A program made the position numbers and the translations under genes. Shown piece by piece: positions 37,572 to 43,098 of a stretch of DNA of 43,098 nucleotides. This stretch comes from Actinomycetota bacterium (GTDB lineage: Bacteria; Actinomycetota; Actinomycetes; Nanopelagicales; Nanopelagicaceae): positions 1 through 43,098 of the forward strand of contig JABMMO010000004.1 in NCBI GenBank assembly GCA_013205455.1, written 5' to 3'. How positions within the stretch are numbered: the first letter of the stretch is position 1; each line of letters starts with the position of its first letter. Under the pieces are notes generated by a model that saw only the letters and a program-made list of their open reading frames with translations, was not told where the DNA came from and did no database searches.

Positions 37572-38927
37572 TTATCCGTTTCTAGATTTTTGGAAAGTAT
37601 CCCAATTATCTTGAATTGCTTGCATTATTTCAGCAGCTTTAATTTTTCCTGCCATGAATTCCTGCAATTTGGCGGTATAAACATCATACATAGTGTCAGT
37701 CGACCAATCTAAGTAGAATGTTAACCCAGCATCTTGGAACATTTTCTTTCCTGCATCTTGCATATCTTTAAGCAATGCACTACTTGCTTCTAAAGTTGCA
37801 GTTGCGGAAGGAATGCGATCAAGTGATGCTAGTGATGGTGCAAATGCTGGATCCATAATCATCGCAACAAATGCTACAGAAGCGGCAAGTGCATCAGTTT
37901 TGCTACTAATGTGCCAACCCAGTCCGTATGAACCAGTACCGGCATGTTTTCCGGATGCACCTGGCGGATTGGCTATAAAGCCAGCATCTTCGCCAAGACC
38001 TTCACCAATTGTTCCACCAAACCAAGTTCCACCCATATAGAAGAGGCCATTACCTGCGGCAAATTTTGCAGTTGCATCATCAGCGCTAACTCCATCAAAA
38101 CCCTTCGTGAAGTAGCCCTTTGTGATCCAATCTCGCATCGTATTTAGCGCTGTTTCGTTTGTGCTAGAAATAAATGAAGAACCAGCTTTTCCAGTAATTA
38201 GATCTTTAGTTTCTGATGCAGGAGTAAATGCACCTTGAATTAATCCAAAAACGTGAGTAGCAGGCCATTTATCCGAGTTGCCAAGAATAATTGGAGTCTC
38301 TCCAGCTTTCTTAGCTTTTTCAAGCGCTGCCGCAAATTCATCAAAAGTATTAGGAAGGGCGATTCCTAAATTGGCTAATTTTTTCTTGTTATAGAAAACT
38401 CCTACAAATTCTCCAACCGGACTCATTCCGTAGAGTTCTCCAGTTCCATATTGGGAACCATCTTCACTCCAACTGAATTGTCCAAAGTCATCGGGGTTAT
38501 AAGCAGATCCCCAGTTGTATGCGGTAGACACATCTGTCAATTTTCTGATCAAGCCGCCTTTCACTAGCGCACCATCTACTCCGTAGCCTTGGTTTCCTTG
38601 AACTACGTCTGGAGCAGGATCGCCCGCCAATGCCGGCACCACAGTTTTCATAAGATCATCAAAACCTTTTAAAGTTAGATTTACTTTAACGTTGGGATAC
38701 ATTGCTTCATATTTAGGAACTAGTATTTTCATAGTTTTTTCTTCACCAGCATCTGCCCAAACATCTAGCGTGATATCTCCTAGTGCAGCAACCTCTTCAA
38801 CAGTTACCGGCTGACTAATCACATCTGCTGTATTCGCTTTGCTTCCAGTGTCAGAACCCGGGCTAGAACATCCGGTGATCATTAGCGTGACTATTGCAAA
38901 TAGTATTCCCAATCTTTTCTTAAACAT
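37572..38927 (-). CDS. Carbohydrate ABC transporter substrate-binding lipoprotein (CUT1-type)
   Basis: Lipobox LMITGC after a signal peptide (MFKKRLGILFAIVTLMITGCSS). About 450 aa, the size of a sugar SBP. Strong SD GGAGGGGG. Confidence 0.88.
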   Translation of the reverse strand: MFKKRLGILFAIVTLMITGCSSPGSDTGSKANTADVISQPVTVEEVAALGDITLDVWADAGEEKTMKILVPKYEAMYPNVKVNLTLKGFDDLMKTVVPALAGDPAPDVVQGNQGYGVDGALVKGGLIRKLTDVSTAYNWGSAYNPDDFGQFSWSEDGSQYGTGELYGMSPVGEFVGVFYNKKKLANLGIALPNTFDEFAAALEKAKKAGETPIILGNSDKWPATHVFGLIQGAFTPASETKDLITGKAGSSFISSTNETALNTMRDWITKGYFTKGFDGVSADDATAKFAAGNGLFYMGGTWFGGTIGEGLGEDAGFIANPPGASGKHAGTGSYGLGWHISSKTDALAASVAFVAMIMDPAFAPSLASLDRIPSATATLEASSALLKDMQDAGKKMFQDAGLTFYLDWSTDTMYDVYTAKLQEFMAGKIKAAEIMQAIQDNWDTFQKSRNG

Positions 38928-39031
38928 CTAAGCCCCCTCCAGAGCAAGTAAGTAAGAAAAACGTAAGGCAAAAAATTCTTTCTGGCAAGGATATTTACAT
39001 AAACTTTCGATAAAGTTGGTAAGTTCCGTGG

Positions 39032-40249
39032 GTGAAGAATGAAGGTGAAACTAGTGCTGAAGGTTTAATATCTGATGTAGCTCTACAGATTTCAAAACTA
39101 GACGAATTAGTTCGAGTAGTGCTCTCCGGAGCAAGAAAAGGCGCAAAACCAAGCTTTGAGAGAATCGATATTCGCCCAGTACTACTTAAAGAAATTCCAC
39201 ACTATCAAGTACTTTCAAATGATGGGCGACAAACAACTACTAAGAATTACTTAGCTGGTGAATTGAAAATTGATGCCTTTTTGAATCAAGGATATGCAAA
39301 CATATTAGTGGAGCATCTAGCTGGTTCAATCGCAATTCAATATAGTAAAAAAGATAAGGCAATTGTGCATCGGAGCACCGGAAGCAATACACCGGAACTA
39401 TCTCATGATCGCATTAAAGAACGGTTACTCAAATCATCAGATCCATTCTTAATTGAAGTAGGAATTTCTGATAGTAAAGGCGTAATTAAACCTTCACGTC
39501 AAGATAAATATAAGCAAGTTGAAGAGTTTCTGAGATTACTTTGGCCAACTCTAACTTCCGCGATTGAGTCTGGACATATTAAACAACCTAGCCAAGAGCA
39601 GCCCCTTAAAATTGTGGACTTAGGATCTGGAAGCGCTTATTTAACTTTCGCAGTCCATCAATTCTTAACTTCACAGAACATCCCGATTCAAGTAGTTGGG
39701 ATAGATAACCGCCCTGAGTTTTATGAAAAGAATTCTGAGATTGTAAAAAGATTAGGAATTTCCAAAACTATTCAATTCAAAGTTGAGTCAATTTCAGATA
39801 CAACTGAGAAAAGCGCAGATATTGCGATTGCGCTTCATGCATGCGACACCGCAACTGATGATGCGATTTCTTGGGCTGTTAAAAATAACGCGAAACTGTT
39901 ACTAATAGCGCCATGTTGTCACCATGATATTCAGAAGCAATTAAAAGAGACGCCAGAGCCGTGGTCACTATTGACAAAGTATGGCTTGATGCGAGAGCGG
40001 CTTTCAGATTTACTCACCGATACATTCAGAGCGCAAATTCTTAAATTGTTAGGTTATCGAGTTGAAGTAATTGAATTTATTGGGGGCGAACACACACCGC
40101 GAAATCTTATGATTCGAGCGCTATTTACTGGCGCTAAACCAGAGCGCGAAGATAGACACCGGTATGAAGAATTGGTAAATATGTGGAAAGTATCACCTGT
40201 ACTTTCGAAGTACCTCGCTGCTGAAATGGAATATAGTAAAGATAAGTAA
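39032..40249 (+). CDS. Class I SAM-dependent methyltransferase, METTL25/Methyltransf_32-like, unknown substrate
   Basis: GTG start. About 190 aa N-terminal domain of unknown function, then SAM motif I IVDLGSGSAYLT, plus ALHACDTATDDAI and IAPCCHH, which are typical of the Methyltransf_32 family as I recall it. Confidence 0.65.
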   Translation: MKNEGETSAEGLISDVALQISKLDELVRVVLSGARKGAKPSFERIDIRPVLLKEIPHYQVLSNDGRQTTTKNYLAGELKIDAFLNQGYANILVEHLAGSIAIQYSKKDKAIVHRSTGSNTPELSHDRIKERLLKSSDPFLIEVGISDSKGVIKPSRQDKYKQVEEFLRLLWPTLTSAIESGHIKQPSQEQPLKIVDLGSGSAYLTFAVHQFLTSQNIPIQVVGIDNRPEFYEKNSEIVKRLGISKTIQFKVESISDTTEKSADIAIALHACDTATDDAISWAVKNNAKLLLIAPCCHHDIQKQLKETPEPWSLLTKYGLMRERLSDLLTDTFRAQILKLLGYRVEVIEFIGGEHTPRNLMIRALFTGAKPEREDRHRYEELVNMWKVSPVLSKYLAAEMEYSKDK

Positions 40250-40265
40250 CAACCTAAGGATCAAA

Positions 40266-42785
40266 ATGAGCTCCCTCCCAAGCAAGGCTAAAGTAGTTGT
40301 AATTGGCGCTGGCATCGTCGGTAACAGCATGCTTTATCACTTAGCTCGACTTGGTTGGCGCGATTTAGTTCAGATCGATAAAGGACCGCTACCTAACCCA
40401 GGTGGATCTACCGGCCACGCATCTAATTTTATTTTCCCTACAGATCACTCAAAGGTGGTCTCTACAATAATTGCAGATAGCGTCCGTCAATATAAAGAAC
40501 GCGGCACATTTACGAAGTGCGGTGGTATCGAAGTAGCTCGTACACCCGAACGAATGCAAGAACTTACTAGACGCATGACGTCGGCAAAATCTTGGGGCGT
40601 CTCTGATGCTAAGTTGCTAACACCAGCTGAAGTGAAAGCGCTAGTTCCTTACATTGATGAAACGGTAATTCTTGGAGGTTTCTACTCACCATCAGTTGGA
40701 GTCGTGGATGGACTTCGTGCGGGGACTCTAATGCGCGAAGATGCAATTGCAATGGGAGCAGCGCAAACCTTTGCAAATATTGAAGTTCTTGGAATGGATG
40801 TAGAAGATGGTCGAATAAAGCGAGTCCGTACCGATCACGGCGATATTGAAGCCGAGTACGTTGTTATTGCAACTGGTTGTTGGAGTCCAAAATTAGCTGC
40901 GATGGCAGGTGCGTACATTCCGCTTACGCCAGCAGTTCATCAAATGAAAGATATCGGGCCAGTTCCATTCTTTAAAGATGCCAAAGGCGATATCGAATGG
41001 CCCATTGTTCGTGACATGGATGCCGGTATGTATGAACGGCAACATGGAACTTCTTTGGAAGTTGGTTCCTACGCGCATCGACCAATTCTTTACTCGCCCC
41101 AAGATATTCCATCAAATGCTGCTGCAGCGCTTTCACCAACAGAATTCCCATTCACTCAAGCTGACTTCGATCTACAAGATGAACACTCGCTCGAACTAAT
41201 GCCTTCAATCGTTGGCGACGAAAACGTGAGCGAAAAATATGCAATTAACGGAATTCTTTCGCTAACTCCGGACGGCATGTCAATTCTTGGTGAAACTCCG
41301 GAGGTAAAGGGGCTTTGGTCGGTCGCTGCAGTCTGGGTAAGAGAGGCACCTGGTACTGGAAAAGCTGTTGCAGAGTGGATGGTTTTGGGCGAATCTGAAA
41401 TAGATCTACATGCTTCTAATATTGCCCGCTTTAGCGAACATCAAAAACTAGATAGCCATGTAAAGGCGCGCTGCGCTGAAGGTTTTGTTAAAACTTATGG
41501 CATCGTCCATCCAAATGAACAATGGTCGAGCAATCGCAATATTCGACTTTCACCATTTTACGAACGCGAAAAAGAACTTGGTGCAGTTTTCTATGAAACT
41601 GCCGGTTGGGAACGGCCATTTTGGTATGAATCAAATGCCAAGTTAGTTGAAAAATTTGGCGCTCGCGTTATGCCCCGAACCGCGGAATGGGAATCACGGT
41701 GGTGGTCACCAATAATTAACGCCGAACATTTACAGATGCGCGAAACTGCTGGCATTGTGGACTTAAGCGCTTTTGCAATATTCGATGTAACTGGATCTGG
41801 CGCACTTGCCTTAGTTCAAAAGGTTGCGCTCCGCCAAATGGATGTCGCAATCGGACGTGTGGTTTACACGCCAGTCCTTGGGATTAATGGTGGATTCAGA
41901 TCAGATTTAACAATTATGCGGTTAGCCGAAAACCACTTCCGAGTTGTTACCGGCGGGGCTCACGGCATGACAGATTTAAAATGGTTTAAAGACCAACTTC
42001 CCGAGGATGGATCCACAACTATCATCGACTTAACTACAAGTTATGTGACAGTTGGAGTTTGGGGTCCAAAAGCTCGCGACATTTTAAGTGCAATTACAAA
42101 CGCAGATTTATCAATGGATGCTTTTAAGTTCAGCACTTGCAAAGAGATTGAAATTGGATCGCTTAAAGTTTTAGCTTCCCGAATTTCCTATGTCGGCGAT
42201 CTTGGTTGGGAGCTTTATATTCCCGTCGCAGAAGGTGAAAAACTATGGGATCTGCTCTGGGAATCTGGCGCAAAGTTCGACGCGATTCCGGTGGGTATCG
42301 GTGTTTATGGAACTACTGGACGAATCGAAAAAAGTTACCGCGCCTATGGCCATGAACTAGAAACCGAATACAACGTTGTTGAAGCTGGGATGCAGACGCC
42401 GAAGTTAAAAGAGCAGGATTTCATTGGGAAAGCAGCACATATCGCGCACCGCGAAGCAAAACCAGTTGCGACTCTAGTTTCACTTTTTGTCGATGATCAT
42501 AAATCCAAGAGCGGTGAAAACCGTTACATGATGGGCAAAGAACCAATCCTCACTCTTAACGGTCAAACTATTACCGATGCACACGGCCGGCATTCATATG
42601 TAACTAGCGCAGGATCAGCACCATCGCTTGGGAAACATATTCTTATGACCTATCTACCAACCGAACTTGCCGTAATCGGTGCGAAATTCTTAGTTGAATA
42701 TTTAGGGGAGCGCTATCCAGTTAGCGTTGCTAGCGTTAGCTCAACACCGTTATTTGATCCAACGAACGAAAGAATTCTTAATTAG
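40266..42785 (+). CDS. Dimethylglycine oxidase / sarcosine-dimethylglycine dehydrogenase-family flavoenzyme with GcvT-like folate domain
   Basis: FAD motif VVVIGAGIVGNS and GGSTGHAS, the position of the covalent-FAD His in Arthrobacter DMGO (GGSTSHAP as I recall). 839 aa, with a C-terminal aminomethyltransferase-like half (ISYVGDLGWELYIP). Confidence 0.8.
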   Translation: MSSLPSKAKVVVIGAGIVGNSMLYHLARLGWRDLVQIDKGPLPNPGGSTGHASNFIFPTDHSKVVSTIIADSVRQYKERGTFTKCGGIEVARTPERMQELTRRMTSAKSWGVSDAKLLTPAEVKALVPYIDETVILGGFYSPSVGVVDGLRAGTLMREDAIAMGAAQTFANIEVLGMDVEDGRIKRVRTDHGDIEAEYVVIATGCWSPKLAAMAGAYIPLTPAVHQMKDIGPVPFFKDAKGDIEWPIVRDMDAGMYERQHGTSLEVGSYAHRPILYSPQDIPSNAAAALSPTEFPFTQADFDLQDEHSLELMPSIVGDENVSEKYAINGILSLTPDGMSILGETPEVKGLWSVAAVWVREAPGTGKAVAEWMVLGESEIDLHASNIARFSEHQKLDSHVKARCAEGFVKTYGIVHPNEQWSSNRNIRLSPFYEREKELGAVFYETAGWERPFWYESNAKLVEKFGARVMPRTAEWESRWWSPIINAEHLQMRETAGIVDLSAFAIFDVTGSGALALVQKVALRQMDVAIGRVVYTPVLGINGGFRSDLTIMRLAENHFRVVTGGAHGMTDLKWFKDQLPEDGSTTIIDLTTSYVTVGVWGPKARDILSAITNADLSMDAFKFSTCKEIEIGSLKVLASRISYVGDLGWELYIPVAEGEKLWDLLWESGAKFDAIPVGIGVYGTTGRIEKSYRAYGHELETEYNVVEAGMQTPKLKEQDFIGKAAHIAHREAKPVATLVSLFVDDHKSKSGENRYMMGKEPILTLNGQTITDAHGRHSYVTSAGSAPSLGKHILMTYLPTELAVIGAKFLVEYLGERYPVSVASVSSTPLFDPTNERILN

Positions 42786-42871
42786 GGTAGCTACTTGCTT
42801 GCTTAAAATGCCTGATTGGTAGACTTCTGCGTGACTGAAAATAGTAGGCCGTGCAAGAGTAGGCTCGATTT

Positions 42872-43098
42872 ATGACTGAACGGCAAGAATTTAAAGTACT
42901 ACGAGCTTATAAGGATTTTGAGCTTCGTGAATATCTGCCTTGCGTCATCGCAGAGGTCAAAGTTTCTGCCCAATATTCAGTTGCATCAAGTAGCGCTTTC
43001 TCCACATTATTTAATTACATTTCAAAGGGTAATAAGTCCTCGCAAAAAATTGCGATGACTGCACCGGTAATCACCGCCCAAAAAGCAGATAGTTCCGA
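42872..43098 (+). CDS. SOUL haem-binding-protein-family protein, 3'-truncated by window edge
   Basis: Hand translation from the ATG at 42872 gives MTERQEFKVLRAYKDFELREYLPCVIAEVKV...AFSTLFNYISKGNKSSQKIAMTAPVIT. The YxVL..F.D/E.R.Y and KIAMTAPV blocks are typical of SOUL/HBP proteins. The frame is open to the window end. Confidence 0.7.
   Translation, partial: MTERQEFKVLRAYKDFELREYLPCVIAEVKVSAQYSVASSSAFSTLFNYISKGNKSSQKIAMTAPVITAQKADSS

Overview
The window is gene-dense chromosomal DNA (about 44 CDS) with many 1-8 nt gene overlaps. I saw no rRNA, tRNA, CRISPR array, transposase or integrase. Gene content and order are actinobacterial, matching from memory the M. tuberculosis Rv3248c-Rv3219 region. 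The AT-rich composition and tight packing suggest a streamlined, possibly freshwater acI/Nanopelagicales-like actinobacterium; this is inference only.

**1-18.8 kb, core genes:** ahcY (5'-truncated), mtrA, mtrB, comF-like, secA, an Rv3235-family gene, a SAF/CpaB-like plus CpaE/Ssd-like pair, pdtaS, whiB1, msrA, msrB, an AlkA-like glycosylase, DUF4389, two TerC paralogs flanking a PatB/MalY C-S lyase and small membrane ORFs, a short hpf, and argG.

**18.8-39 kb, carbohydrate/cyclitol region:**
- A Gfo/Idh/MocA oxidoreductase, a GH63 glucosylglycerate-hydrolase-like enzyme and two IolE-like TIM barrels.
- iolC-iolB-iolD and a PpgK-like ROK protein.
- An orphan beta-propeller-like protein.
- A complete ABC importer co-transcribed with a GDPD-IMPase fusion protein and a degenerate ROK protein.
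- A CUT1-type sugar ABC operon ending in a NagB-like gene.

**39-43 kb:** a METTL25-like methyltransferase, a dimethylglycine-oxidase-like flavoenzyme, and the start of a SOUL haem-binding-family gene.

**Most interesting candidate:** the ABC importer plus phosphodiesterase/phosphatase fusion beside the iol genes. I propose it scavenges phosphodiester-linked inositol. This is a hypothesis from domain logic and gene context only.
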